DNA of 64,000 nt, from assembly GCA_963802515.1 (NCBI GenBank), contig CAWDIX010000003.1, positions 91,076 to 155,075 of the forward strand, read 5' to 3'. The position numbers and the translations under genes were made by a program. The DNA comes from an uncultured Verrucomicrobiae bacterium. GTDB taxonomy: Bacteria; Verrucomicrobiota; Verrucomicrobiia; Limisphaerales; UBA11358. The stretch's first letter is position 1. The number at the start of each line of letters is the position of its first letter. Below the pieces are notes generated by a model. The model was not told the DNA's origin, searched no databases, and was given only the letters and a program-made list of their open reading frames with translations. Shown here one piece after another: positions 1 through 9,294 of the stretch.

Positions 1-2
1 AT

Positions 3-731
3 CGCTTCAAGTTTGGGATCGTTTTTTCGCAATATCCGCCGCGGCCGGAACTGGAAACGAACGACATTCGCGGCACAATTTTTCTCCTGCACGGCTATGG
101 TTCGGATAAAAATTTCATGCTGGGATGGGGACTGGCCCTGGCCCAGGCGGGTTACCGGACGGTGTTGGTGGATTTGCGCGGGCACGGCCATTCCACTGGC
201 GGCCGCATTTATTTTGGCGGCATTGAGCGGACGGATATGGTGCAATGCCTCGATTCGCTGATGCGGCGGCGGGTCTGCCGGGGGCCGGTCGGAGTCCTGG
301 GCATTTCGTACGGCGCGGTGCTGGCCCTGCAATGGGCGGCGATTGATCCGCGCGTGGAGAGCGTGACCGCCATTTCGCCCTATGCCGACCCGGGCACGGC
401 CGTGGAGGCATTCCTCAAGGCAAAGGCTCCCCTCATGCCGAGGTCAATTGATCGAAAGGTCGCCGGGATCATCATGGGTGATCTGGCTGCGCGCTGGCCG
501 GATTTGACCACGAAAGGCGCCGTTCACCGCATAGCCCGACCGATTCTGTTTGTGCGGGGTGAGCGCGATAAACTTTGCGACGAGGAATTTATGAGCCATC
601 TGCAACAGGCGGCGCCGCGTGGTTCGGGGGCGATTGTGGTTTCCCTCGCGAACCATCTTGATGCCGGGCTGTGCGTGAGCCAATTGGACGGCGTGGTAAC
701 CAATTGGTTCCGCATGCGCCTGACCCGCTGA
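3..731 (+). CDS. alpha/beta-fold hydrolase (5' end outside window)
   Basis: Frame is open to the window edge (..GTIFLLHGYGSD precedes the ATG at 117). Contains the HG oxyanion motif, VDLRGHGHS, and nucleophile elbow GISYGA. Confidence 0.8.
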   Translation, partial: RFKFGIVFSQYPPRPELETNDIRGTIFLLHGYGSDKNFMLGWGLALAQAGYRTVLVDLRGHGHSTGGRIYFGGIERTDMVQCLDSLMRRRVCRGPVGVLGISYGAVLALQWAAIDPRVESVTAISPYADPGTAVEAFLKAKAPLMPRSIDRKVAGIIMGDLAARWPDLTTKGAVHRIARPILFVRGERDKLCDEEFMSHLQQAAPRGSGAIVVSLANHLDAGLCVSQLDGVVTNWFRMRLTR

Positions 732-1014
732 GCCGGAGCAATCCTGTTGGTTCAGGGAGGGCAGGCGCCGGCCTGCCGTGCTTGGCGGCCCGCCAGACAC
801 TTCGTCAGCCCATTTGGGTTCACGCCCTTTTGTAGGTCAAATCGCGTGGACGAAGTTTTCAGCGGGCCGCCGAAAACTGCACGCGGGCCGCGTGCGCTCC
901 CCGTTACAATAACATCGTTCCGGCGGACAGGGCTGGCTTGGCAACGCATGCTCCCCGGCGGTGAATTTGTTGGCTTTTGCCGGCGGGCCGGCTGCGCTAC
1001 CTTCGGGCCGTCAC

Positions 1015-1884
1015 ATGAAAATCGTTCCAAAACAATTCCGCGTTCGCGAAGGCGAAAAGGTGAAGCTCAAACAATGGCCGACCAAAGTGAAGCCGTTTTA
1101 CGAGTCGAAGGAGGATTACCAAAAAATCCTGGCCGGCCACATCAAGGAATTGAGCGCGCTCCAAGGCCTGCTGTATGCCGCCAACCGGGACGCCGTCCTG
1201 TTGATTTTCCAGGCCATGGACGCCGCCGGCAAAGACGGTGCCATCAAGCACGTCATGTCCGGCATCAATCCGCAGGGTTGCGAGGTCTTCAGCTTCAAAC
1301 ATCCCAGCGCCACGGAACTGGAGCACGATTTTCTCTGGCGCACGACGTGTTGCCTGCCCGAACGCGGCCGCATCGGCATTTTCAACCGCTCATACTACGA
1401 GGAGGTGCTGGTGGTGCGCGTGCATCCGGAACTTCTGAGCGCCGAGAACCTCCCGGAAAACCTGTTGGCTGGGGACCGGATTTGGGAGAAGCGTTACCGT
1501 TCGATTGTGGACATGGAAAAACACCTGCATCGCAACGGCACCCGCATTATCAAATTTTTCCTGCACCTTTCAAAAGAAGAACAACGCAAACGATTCCTCG
1601 CCCGCATTGATGACCCGGCGAAGAATTGGAAATTCACGCGGTCAGACGTCAAAGAACGGGGTTATTGGAAGGATTACGTGAAGGCGTATGAAGACTGCCT
1701 GGGTGCGACCAGCACGAGCCACGCGCCGTGGCATGTTGTTCCCGCCGACGACAAGGAGAACGCGCGGCTGGTCATTTCCCAAATCATCCTCGACGCGTTG
1801 AAGGAATTGAAAATGAGCTATCCCAAACCGGATCGGGAGCGGCGGAAGGAATTACAATCGCTCCGCAAACTGCTGGCAAAATAG
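1015..1884 (+). CDS. ppk2: polyphosphate kinase 2 family protein
   Basis: ATG at 1015 (MKIVPKQ). Contains AMDAAGKDG Walker-A-like motif and [15 protein letters not shown], typical of PPK2. Confidence 0.85.
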   Translation: MKIVPKQFRVREGEKVKLKQWPTKVKPFYESKEDYQKILAGHIKELSALQGLLYAANRDAVLLIFQAMDAAGKDGAIKHVMSGINPQGCEVFSFKHPSATELEHDFLWRTTCCLPERGRIGIFNRSYYEEVLVVRVHPELLSAENLPENLLAGDRIWEKRYRSIVDMEKHLHRNGTRIIKFFLHLSKEEQRKRFLARIDDPAKNWKFTRSDVKERGYWKDYVKAYEDCLGATSTSHAPWHVVPADDKENARLVISQIILDALKELKMSYPKPDRERRKELQSLRKLLAK

Positions 1885-1899
1885 AGCCGGCCCATCGCC

Positions 1900-3156
1900 A
1901 TGCCCGTCCAGTTTGCCACCGCCAATCCCCGGGAACCGGTCATTCTGGCGATTTTTGCAGTCACCTACATCGGGATTGCCATGGGGCATGTTCCCGGATT
2001 GAAGCTCAACCGCGCCGGCATCGCCCTGTTGGGCGCCATCGCTCTGATGATTTTTGGCGAGGTCACCACCGCCAATGTCGTTTCCTACATCAACTGGCCG
2101 ACAATTTTTTTGCTGTTCGGATTCTTTGTCATCTCGGCGCAACTGCGTTTGTCGGGATTTTACGAGAAGGTCGCCAACGGCATATCCGGCCGCCTCGGCC
2201 ATCCGGCGACATTTTTGCTGCTGTTGATGATGGTGAGCGGCGGTCTCTCCGCTTTCCTCAATCACGACATCGTCTGTTACGTATTCGCGCCCATCGTCGG
2301 CGCGGCGTTGTTGCGCAAACGCATCAATCCGGTTCCCTTTCTGATTGCCCTGGCGATTTCCAGCAACATCGGCGCGGGAGCGACGCTGATCGGGAATCCC
2401 CAGGACATGCTGATCGGGCAGGTGGCGCACCTGGATTTCGGACGGTACCTGCTTTGGTGTTGCGTGCCCGTGCTGGTGGCGATGGGCGCCGCCTACGGAA
2501 TCATCTGGCTGATGTCGCGAAAGAGCCTTCAGCCAAAGTTGCCGGTTCAAAACACAACGGATAGTTCATCCATTCCTTTCAACCGGCCGCACACCATCAA
2601 GGGGCTGGTTATCCTGGTGGTGGTTATCGGCCTGTTTTTCTCGGATGTGCCCAAGGAAATCATCGCGCTGGCCGCCGCCGGCATTCATCTGGCCAGCCGC
2701 AAGTTCCGCACCGAGGATTTGCTGGGCCTGGTGGACTGGCCCATTTTGATTCTCTTCATGGGATTGTTTGTTGTGGCCGGCGCGTTTCAATCCGCGGGCT
2801 GTGGCAACCAGGCCGCTCAATGGCTGGCCAACAGCGGATTCAATTTGAACGCCCCGTACAATCTGGTTTTGACGACGGCGGCGCTGTCCAACCTCATCAA
2901 CAATTCGGCCGCCGTGATACTGTTGCTCAAGATCGTCCCGCTTTCCCAACCGGCCACGGGTTACATTCTTGCCCTGGCCAACAGCTTCGGCGGGAGTTTG
3001 ATCATCGTTGGCAGCGTGTCCAATATCATCGTCGTTCAACAAGCGCGGGAAATGGGGATCAATATCTCGTTTGCGGACTTCGCCCGGTTGGGCATTCCGG
3101 TCACGCTCGCCGCCCTGGCCGCCTTGATTGTCTGGGTGACACTGATCGCCGGTTGA
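1900..3156 (+). CDS. ArsB/NhaD-superfamily anion permease (citrate-transporter-like)
   Basis: 418 aa polytopic membrane protein with two hydrophobic halves. Sequence resembles the CitMHS/ArsB family. Confidence 0.7.
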   Translation: MPVQFATANPREPVILAIFAVTYIGIAMGHVPGLKLNRAGIALLGAIALMIFGEVTTANVVSYINWPTIFLLFGFFVISAQLRLSGFYEKVANGISGRLGHPATFLLLLMMVSGGLSAFLNHDIVCYVFAPIVGAALLRKRINPVPFLIALAISSNIGAGATLIGNPQDMLIGQVAHLDFGRYLLWCCVPVLVAMGAAYGIIWLMSRKSLQPKLPVQNTTDSSSIPFNRPHTIKGLVILVVVIGLFFSDVPKEIIALAAAGIHLASRKFRTEDLLGLVDWPILILFMGLFVVAGAFQSAGCGNQAAQWLANSGFNLNAPYNLVLTTAALSNLINNSAAVILLLKIVPLSQPATGYILALANSFGGSLIIVGSVSNIIVVQQAREMGINISFADFARLGIPVTLAALAALIVWVTLIAG

Positions 3157-3182
3157 AGTCCGTCGGCCCGGGACGAAGCGAA

Positions 3183-3908
3183 TCATCGCCATCGGCCCGG
3201 CGCCCGGTGCCAGCCATGATAGTCTCTCCACCAATAACCGCCAATCCAAACGGCATGCGGATACGGCGGATATGCCCAGTGACCGGCTGACCACACCCAT
3301 CCGCCATTCCACACCCATTGGCCGCCAATCCACACGTAACCGGGCCCGGGCGCCACGACCACGGTTTCCGCCGGGGGCGGGGGCGGGGCTTGCTCCACGA
3401 CGGTGGTGTCGGCTGCCGGGGCTGCCGTGACGGTGCTCGGGGTATTGATCATGTAATTCACCACCCGGTCACTGACGCCGGAGTTGTGCAAATCTATAAT
3501 GTCCTCCGCGCTCAAATGAAACACCGTATGCGAACTGATGATCTGGCTGATGATGACATCATCGCTCACGCCCGCCCTGGCCATCGCCTTGATGTCGGCG
3601 AGGCCCAACGGCCGGCCTTGCTCGACGCGCACATAAGTTTGCGGCGCCTGCTCGCGCAATCGCGCCTGCTGGTCCTGGTCCATCTGATGCCCGATCAGGC
3701 CGCCGGCAATCAGGCCCGCGGCCGCGCCGATCAGGGCGCCTTCGCCGCCATTGCGCGGACCGCCAATTGCCGCGCCTGAAATCGCGCCAATCGCGCCACC
3801 CATCAAAGCGCCGGTCCCGGTATTGTCCGGCGTGCCTTCCGGTGTATAGCAACCTGTCACCAGCACGGCGCTCGCCGCAATCGCCATAGTCAAGGGATGC
3901 CATTTCAT
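3183..3908 (-). CDS. lipoprotein with glycine-zipper and C-terminal YXWGXW-type W/G/Y repeats
   Basis: Lipobox AVLVTGC. Glycine zipper GALMGGAIGAISGAAIGG..GAAAGLIAGGLIG. C-terminus YVWIGGQWVWNGGWVWSAGHW. Confidence 0.75.
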   Translation of the reverse strand: MKWHPLTMAIAASAVLVTGCYTPEGTPDNTGTGALMGGAIGAISGAAIGGPRNGGEGALIGAAAGLIAGGLIGHQMDQDQQARLREQAPQTYVRVEQGRPLGLADIKAMARAGVSDDVIISQIISSHTVFHLSAEDIIDLHNSGVSDRVVNYMINTPSTVTAAPAADTTVVEQAPPPPPAETVVVAPGPGYVWIGGQWVWNGGWVWSAGHWAYPPYPHAVWIGGYWWRDYHGWHRAPGRWR

Positions 3909-4229
3909 AATTTACGTCTAAATTAACCGACAAGATATAATGCCGCTTATTCAAAAAAAATCAACTTCCGCCCGACATCCTACCGTTGACCGGACGGAAC
4001 TCGACACTGTCACCGGCGCCTTATCCGCGCCCGCGCCGGCGTTCGGATTTAAGCCTGAAAATGTGCTTGCACCGGGAATGGAACTGGCTATCGTGCGCGC
4101 GTCTGTGAGATAACTTGTCATTTCAGGTCATGGCAAATCTTCAAGTGAACACGGTTCAGTGATGATTTGAAACCCGATGGTCGGGAACAGTCTGGAAAAC
4201 GGTTAGTCTTGAACAGGAAATCATCGAAT

Positions 4230-4556
4230 ATGAGCACGAAATTGTTTGTGGGAAATCTTTCCTTCAACACCACTGAAAATGACCTGCAGGAGGCGTTTGC
4301 CGCCCACGGCACGGTCGTCGAAGCCAACCTGATGATGGACCGGATGAGCGGCCGCTCGCGCGGCTTCGCCTTCGTGACGATGTCCACGCCGGAGGAAGCG
4401 CAGAAGGCGATTGCGGCCATGAACGGCGCGACGCTGGGGGACCGCCAATTGACGGTGAACGTTGCCCGGCCGAAAGAGGAACGCCCGCGAGGTGACCGGG
4501 GGCCGCGCCGCGACTTCGGCGGAGGTGGCGGTGGCGGACGCCGGGACCGTTACTAA
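4230..4556 (+). CDS. RRM-type RNA-binding protein with Gly/Arg-rich tail
   Basis: RNP2 KLFVGNL and RNP1 RGFAFVTM. Tail is RGDRGPRRDFGGGGGGGRRDRY. ATG at 4230. Confidence 0.9.
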   Translation: MSTKLFVGNLSFNTTENDLQEAFAAHGTVVEANLMMDRMSGRSRGFAFVTMSTPEEAQKAIAAMNGATLGDRQLTVNVARPKEERPRGDRGPRRDFGGGGGGGRRDRY

Positions 4557-4577
4557 CCATCGCCGCAGACGGCTTTG

Positions 4578-4610
4578 GCCGGGCGACGCTCGCAACGTGC
4601 GTCGCCCGGC
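4578..4610 (+). terminator. hairpin downstream of RRM gene (terminator-like, weak T tract)
   Basis: Perfect 12-bp stem GCCGGGCGACGC (4578-4589) / GCGTCGCCCGGC (4599-4610) with a 9-nt loop, 22 nt after the stop codon. Confidence 0.5.
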
Positions 4611-4829
4611 ATGATTCGGTTGGCAGTCCATTCCCTTTTCTTCAGGGGTGCTGCTTCGTTTCGTTGGGTGCTTTACAGTTACCGGCCGTGAGGTAATGTG
4701 CCCACAATTCACAATACGAACAGCTTCTTCAGGGAAACCAATTGGCGGCGGATTTGGAAACCTTCGTCCGTCACTCAGCCCTTGATGTTTATCAGTCCGA
4801 GGTATTCACACAAATGTTCGGCATTTTGG

Positions 4830-6362
4830 TCAGCGATTTGAATTCGCTCCGCTGATTTGCTGGAGGAGTTCCTCGGCCTGGGCGCGCAGCCTGGTTTCAA
4901 CTGTTGGCAGGAGCAGCTTCGTCAGCAAGCGGCGCGCAGCTTCCGGGTCTTTGTTCCTGGCCTGCGCGTCCGCCAGCGCGAGCAGGCAATACAGATTTCC
5001 CGGTTCCAATTGGACCGCCAGTTGCAGATGCTGCACGGCCAATGAAAGATTTCCGCCTTGGACCATTTCAAGGATGCCAAACAGTTCATGCGACGGGCCA
5101 AAATAAGGCATCAGGACGATGGATTTCAGGAGTTCACCGTGGATTTCCGCCGCCGCATCCGCGGGCAACGGGTCCCGCTGGCCCCGGGCGTCAGCCGCCA
5201 GATGGAATTTTTCCCAGGCGTAAAGGTAGTGCGCGAGGAAGCTGGTTGAACCGCGCTGCAACGCCGTCTTGAATTCGCGCAGCGTCTCGTCGGTTTGTTT
5301 GCGCCGTACGGCGAGCAGGCCGAGCCCTTCGTAGGGCAGGGGACTGGCGGGCGCGAGTTTTTGCGCGTCAGTGAAATATTTTTCCGCGTCTTCGAGCCGG
5401 TCAATGCGGAACAGTTCGTCGCCCAGGCGGAAATAATTTTCCACTGGCGTGAGTTTGCGCAGGTTGACGATTTTGGCGCGGGCGATATTTTCCGGGAAGG
5501 CGAATTGAATCGGCACGAACCGGCCGCGCGCCAGGTAGCGGCGCAGTTCGGTTTCCACCGCCGGGAGGGTGGTTTGCAGCGCGTTGGTGAAGGCCGGCAC
5601 GGGAGGCTGGCCTTCCGCCAGGAGCGTGGTGAAGTTTCCGAACCTGGATTTGTAGGCGGGATTGTCGCCGGCCACGAGGAACTGTGTGAGCAGCCACGAT
5701 TCGGCGTAGAAAACTCCCTGCCGTTCGCGTTCGTTGTACTGCGGGGAATCATGAGCGACGGAGAAAAGTTCGGTGAGCGGCATCAGCGGTTCATGCGCGA
5801 GCAATTGGAGGTGATGATCAATCGGCTGCGCGATGAAGGCCCGGTAACCGGTGGTTTCAAAAGTGGAATAGATTTCGGCCATGCCTTCCTTGAGCCACAG
5901 CGGCCAGATGCCGTCGTTGCCCCGGAACAACAGATGAGCGTATTCATGGAAGACGACGGTCATGTCCATCGCAGCCGCGCCGGTATCCGGGAGGGAAAGC
6001 ACGATGAGGTTTTCGTCATCGCCGTGTTGGAAGAAGCCGGCGAGGTTTTCGGGCTGGCCGTGGTAGAGCGGCAGGAATGGTTTCATCGCCTCATGATCGG
6101 GGAAGGCGATCACGACAATCGGCGGCGAAGCAACCGCCCGGGACCCGGCCAGGAGCGAATAGGCTTCACAAAATTCCTCGAGTTGCCCGGCAACCTTGTT
6201 GACCTCCTGGGATGGGCCGCAACTGTAAATGTTGAAATGCGCCGTGCGCGTCTCGAACCACTGCCGTTGCACCAGCGGAACGACACCGGCCCGGGCTGAT
6301 GACAATGGGAAAAATCCCAATGCCGGCAGCGCGGTCAAAAACCAGAGCAGTTGACGGTTCAT
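4830..6362 (-). CDS. secreted HExxH zinc-peptidase-like protein with C-terminal TPR repeats
   Basis: N-terminal signal peptide. VFHEYAHLL (HExxH) followed by WLKEGMAEIY. TPR-like helices in the last ~200 aa. Confidence 0.7.
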   Translation of the reverse strand: MNRQLLWFLTALPALGFFPLSSARAGVVPLVQRQWFETRTAHFNIYSCGPSQEVNKVAGQLEEFCEAYSLLAGSRAVASPPIVVIAFPDHEAMKPFLPLYHGQPENLAGFFQHGDDENLIVLSLPDTGAAAMDMTVVFHEYAHLLFRGNDGIWPLWLKEGMAEIYSTFETTGYRAFIAQPIDHHLQLLAHEPLMPLTELFSVAHDSPQYNERERQGVFYAESWLLTQFLVAGDNPAYKSRFGNFTTLLAEGQPPVPAFTNALQTTLPAVETELRRYLARGRFVPIQFAFPENIARAKIVNLRKLTPVENYFRLGDELFRIDRLEDAEKYFTDAQKLAPASPLPYEGLGLLAVRRKQTDETLREFKTALQRGSTSFLAHYLYAWEKFHLAADARGQRDPLPADAAAEIHGELLKSIVLMPYFGPSHELFGILEMVQGGNLSLAVQHLQLAVQLEPGNLYCLLALADAQARNKDPEAARRLLTKLLLPTVETRLRAQAEELLQQISGANSNR

Positions 6363-6637
6363 GGTCGGTATGACTTTAAGCGAGAGTCAAAGAGATGTCA
6401 CCTGTGATCACAGTGTGCGCTTGGCGAATGGCCCAACTCGACACTGTTTTCAGGCAGCGATGGGATCGGCAAAGACGGGCAATTTTCAGGTTACAGGCCG
6501 ACAAGTGCGTCAGATTGTGAGAGCCAGAAGCCGGGCGAAACGCGGCATAAACATGAGGGTTATTGGCATAAAAACCACTTCCGGATTGGGCCAGGAAACG
6601 GTTTTTGTCCTTTTAATGTGAACCGGTAACGGAACTT

Positions 6638-7159
6638 ATGCTTTCCCCCGCGCGCCATGCTCGATGCCAGCTTCCGCGCCAAGGTGCTGGCGCCGGTCAT
6701 GGCCTGCATGACCGGGGGATGGCGGTTTCGCTTGTGATCGTCAAGCATCGGATTGCGGAACAATCGGAAAGGGAGCCCCGGCATACCCTGGTCACGGCCA
6801 ACGCGGTCATCCGCTACTCGCAGGAATATTGCCGGACCAATCTGCTGTCCCGCTTTCACCATCTGCCGAACGAGCCGCTTTGGCGGCAGTTTTTCCAGGT
6901 CGGTGGCGGCCGGGACCTGCACGACGCGTTGCGCGGGCTCATGAACATGCTGAAGGTGGTGGCGGCATTTTGCGCGATCCTGTTCAGCACCGGAGTGGAG
7001 TGGTTTTTCGTCAACCGGATTGCCGGCCCCTTGCGCGAATTGCGCCACAGCGCGGAAGCGGCAGGACGCGGTGATTTCACGAGGCGCGTGGCGGTGCACA
7101 GCCGGGATGAGTGCGGCGAGCCGGCGCCGGTTATTTTCCAGTTGAATCCCTCGCCATAA
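6638..7159 (+). CDS. TM-HAMP sensor stub lacking any output domain (possible gene remnant)
   Basis: TM segment MLKVVAAFCAILFSTGVEWFFV followed by HAMP-like RIAGPLRELRHSAEAAGRGDFTRRVAVHSRDECGE, then a stop. An alternative N-terminus in another frame starts at 6657. Confidence 0.5.
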   Translation: MLSPARHARCQLPRQGAGAGHGLHDRGMAVSLVIVKHRIAEQSEREPRHTLVTANAVIRYSQEYCRTNLLSRFHHLPNEPLWRQFFQVGGGRDLHDALRGLMNMLKVVAAFCAILFSTGVEWFFVNRIAGPLRELRHSAEAAGRGDFTRRVAVHSRDECGEPAPVIFQLNPSP

Positions 7160-7175
7160 GGATTATTTTTCAACC

Positions 7176-7733
7176 ATGAATAACACGAAAGTTGAAAACC
7201 GTTTGCATTACCTGTTCGCCCTGGTCATCGCCATCTTGCTGTGCGCGGTCTCCACAAAAGCCGATGACCGCCGGTCAGCCGTTTCCGCCGGCCAGAAAGC
7301 GCCCGCGTTTCAATCCAAGACGCTTGACGGCAATACGGTCAATTTTCCCGGTGATTACAAAGGCAAGGTGGTACTGCTCGATTTCTGGGCGACCTGGTGC
7401 GGGCCTTGCCGCCGGGAACTGCCCAACGTCGTCGCGACGTACCAGCAATATCACGCCGCCGGATTTGAGATTTTGAGCGTGAGTCTCGATCAGCCGCAGC
7501 AAGGGCCCGCCCTTCTTAAATTCATTCAGGATAACAAGATGACCTGGCCGCAAATCTATGATGGCCGGGGCTGGAAAGCGGCGGTGGCCGTGCAATACGG
7601 GGTCCAGGCCATACCTTGTCCTGTGCTCGTGGATGGCGACACGGGAATCGTCATTGCGGAGGGCGCTGACGCCGTGGGACACCAACTTCCCAAACTGGTT
7701 GCGGCCAAGCTTGCGGCCAAAGCCAGGAAGTAG
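7176..7733 (+). CDS. TlpA-like thiol:disulfide oxidoreductase (thioredoxin fold)
   Basis: Signal/anchor sequence and WATWCGPCRRELP CxxC motif. Confidence 0.9.
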   Translation: MNNTKVENRLHYLFALVIAILLCAVSTKADDRRSAVSAGQKAPAFQSKTLDGNTVNFPGDYKGKVVLLDFWATWCGPCRRELPNVVATYQQYHAAGFEILSVSLDQPQQGPALLKFIQDNKMTWPQIYDGRGWKAAVAVQYGVQAIPCPVLVDGDTGIVIAEGADAVGHQLPKLVAAKLAAKARK

Positions 7734-8252
7734 CCGTTCGCGTTCAAATTCAGGGCGACGCAATGGGTCCGGCGAAGGGCGCAAAGCGTTAGCCCTGCTT
7801 GCGGCGCGAGGGCAGGGGACTTTTATGGGCCGGTCCGGGCGCGTGATTTTTAGCAGGTTTTCCTTTCTCCGCGCTCATTTCCGTCGTGTCATTTATTGCC
7901 TGAACCGATCTGCCGGCGGATTTTTGAAACAAAACGGGGTGCTGCCGGGTTATGACATCGAGATATGAACCGATTTTGCCTGAAACCCAAAGCGAACCCG
8001 GTGTTCAAGTTAGCGCAGCCGTTGCCGGCGCTGGACACTGTTCCAGGACTTAAACTCAACGGGACGCACTCATGCCGCGCTGCGGCGGTGGTGCCGTCAG
8101 CTGAGGGCCGCGTGGACCTTTCGGCCATCAGGCTGGATGAGAAGAACGGCAATCCGGCCAATGAAGCGCCCCGCTACAATTCGTTATGCAAGAATTTTGC
8201 ATTCACCAACCCTTCACAGGTACTATGAGTCTCGAACGGTCACGGCCCGGCC

Positions 8253-8801
8253 ATGACAAATGCCCAGCAGTTCGAGACTCTCATGCGAAACCACCAGAAC
8301 ATGGTATTTAGCACGGCCATGCGCTTGCTCGCCAACCAGTCTGACGCCGAAGATGTCAGCCAGCAGGTTTTCTTGCGGGCCTACGAGCGGTTTGATCAAT
8401 TGCGCGACAGTCCGACGGCGAGTGGCTGGCTCAAAACCGTCGCCACGAATCTCAGTTTGAATCATCTTTCACGCTATCGCTCGCGGTGGAGTTTCTTTTC
8501 GGAACTGCTGGGCGGCGGTCGGGAGGAAAATGAGAAATACGAAATCGAATTCCCGGCGGGCGAAAGCGTGAAGGATGAATTGGACCAGGCGGAGCGGCGG
8601 GTCCTGGTTGAACAGGCGCTGCAAAAACTTCCCGCCGCCCAGCGCGTGCCGCTGGTGCTTTTTCATTTCGAGGAACTGACTTATGAGGAGATCGCCGCGA
8701 AACTCGGCGTCTCGCTGGGCAAGGTGAAGACGGATATTTTTCGCGGACGCGAAGCGATGCGCCGCGGACTCCGCCTGCAATTGACTGATGAACCGGCCTG
8801 A
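8253..8801 (+). CDS. ECF-type RNA polymerase sigma-70 factor
   Basis: Region 2 DAEDVSQQVFLRAYERF. Region 4 HTH LTYEEIAAKLGVSLGKVKTDIFRGREAMR. Confidence 0.9.
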   Translation: MTNAQQFETLMRNHQNMVFSTAMRLLANQSDAEDVSQQVFLRAYERFDQLRDSPTASGWLKTVATNLSLNHLSRYRSRWSFFSELLGGGREENEKYEIEFPAGESVKDELDQAERRVLVEQALQKLPAAQRVPLVLFHFEELTYEEIAAKLGVSLGKVKTDIFRGREAMRRGLRLQLTDEPA

Positions 8802-8816
8802 AGCCGCCAGAACAAC

Positions 8817-9281
8817 ATGAACGCCGAATACGAAAAGCAACTCGAGGCTGTTGTCCGGCGCGAACTGAAAGCGTTGGGCGAATTGGAAGCGCCGCCGGAG
8901 ATTGCGCGGCGCGTGATGCGCGTCATCGGACAACGCGCGTCGGCGCCGTGGTATCGGCGCGAGTGGCAGACGTGGCCCCTGGCGCTGCGGAGTGTTTCTC
9001 TCGTCGGGCTGATGGGATCGTTTGCGTTCCTGTGTCTTGAAAGCTGGCAGTTCGTCCGCTTCGCGGCACTCTCCCCGGCGGCACAGGAAGTCTCCGGTTG
9101 GTTCAGCTTGGCGGACGCGATTTGGAACGCCGCAACGGTCCTGGCCGATGCGCTGGGGCTGGCGTTCCGGAGCCTTGGCCCGGCAGTGCTCATCGGCAGC
9201 GCAGTAATGTTGCTGTTCTGCTACGCGACATGTGTGGGTTTGGGGACGGTTTACTGGCGGCTCGCGTACGCGCGCCGCTGA
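8817..9281 (+). CDS. putative membrane anti-sigma factor
   Basis: Starts 15 nt after the ECF sigma gene. Short cytoplasmic N-terminus followed by several TM segments. Assigned by position only. Confidence 0.5.
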   Translation: MNAEYEKQLEAVVRRELKALGELEAPPEIARRVMRVIGQRASAPWYRREWQTWPLALRSVSLVGLMGSFAFLCLESWQFVRFAALSPAAQEVSGWFSLADAIWNAATVLADALGLAFRSLGPAVLIGSAVMLLFCYATCVGLGTVYWRLAYARR

Positions 9282-9294
9282 AAGAAAGGTCATC

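Noticed and set aside
4067-4094. Sigma-70-like promoter TTGCAC-N16-TATCGT upstream of the RRM gene
   Set aside because: The -10 element matches at only 4 of 6 positions, and promoter consensus for this lineage is uncertain. It was not strong enough to list as a feature.
7734-8252. 520-nt gap upstream of the ECF sigma gene, with ORFs 7965..8228 (+) and 7889..8161 (-)
   Set aside because: Both ORFs lack motifs and overlap each other. No convincing ECF-type -35/-10 pair could be placed. The gap was left unannotated.
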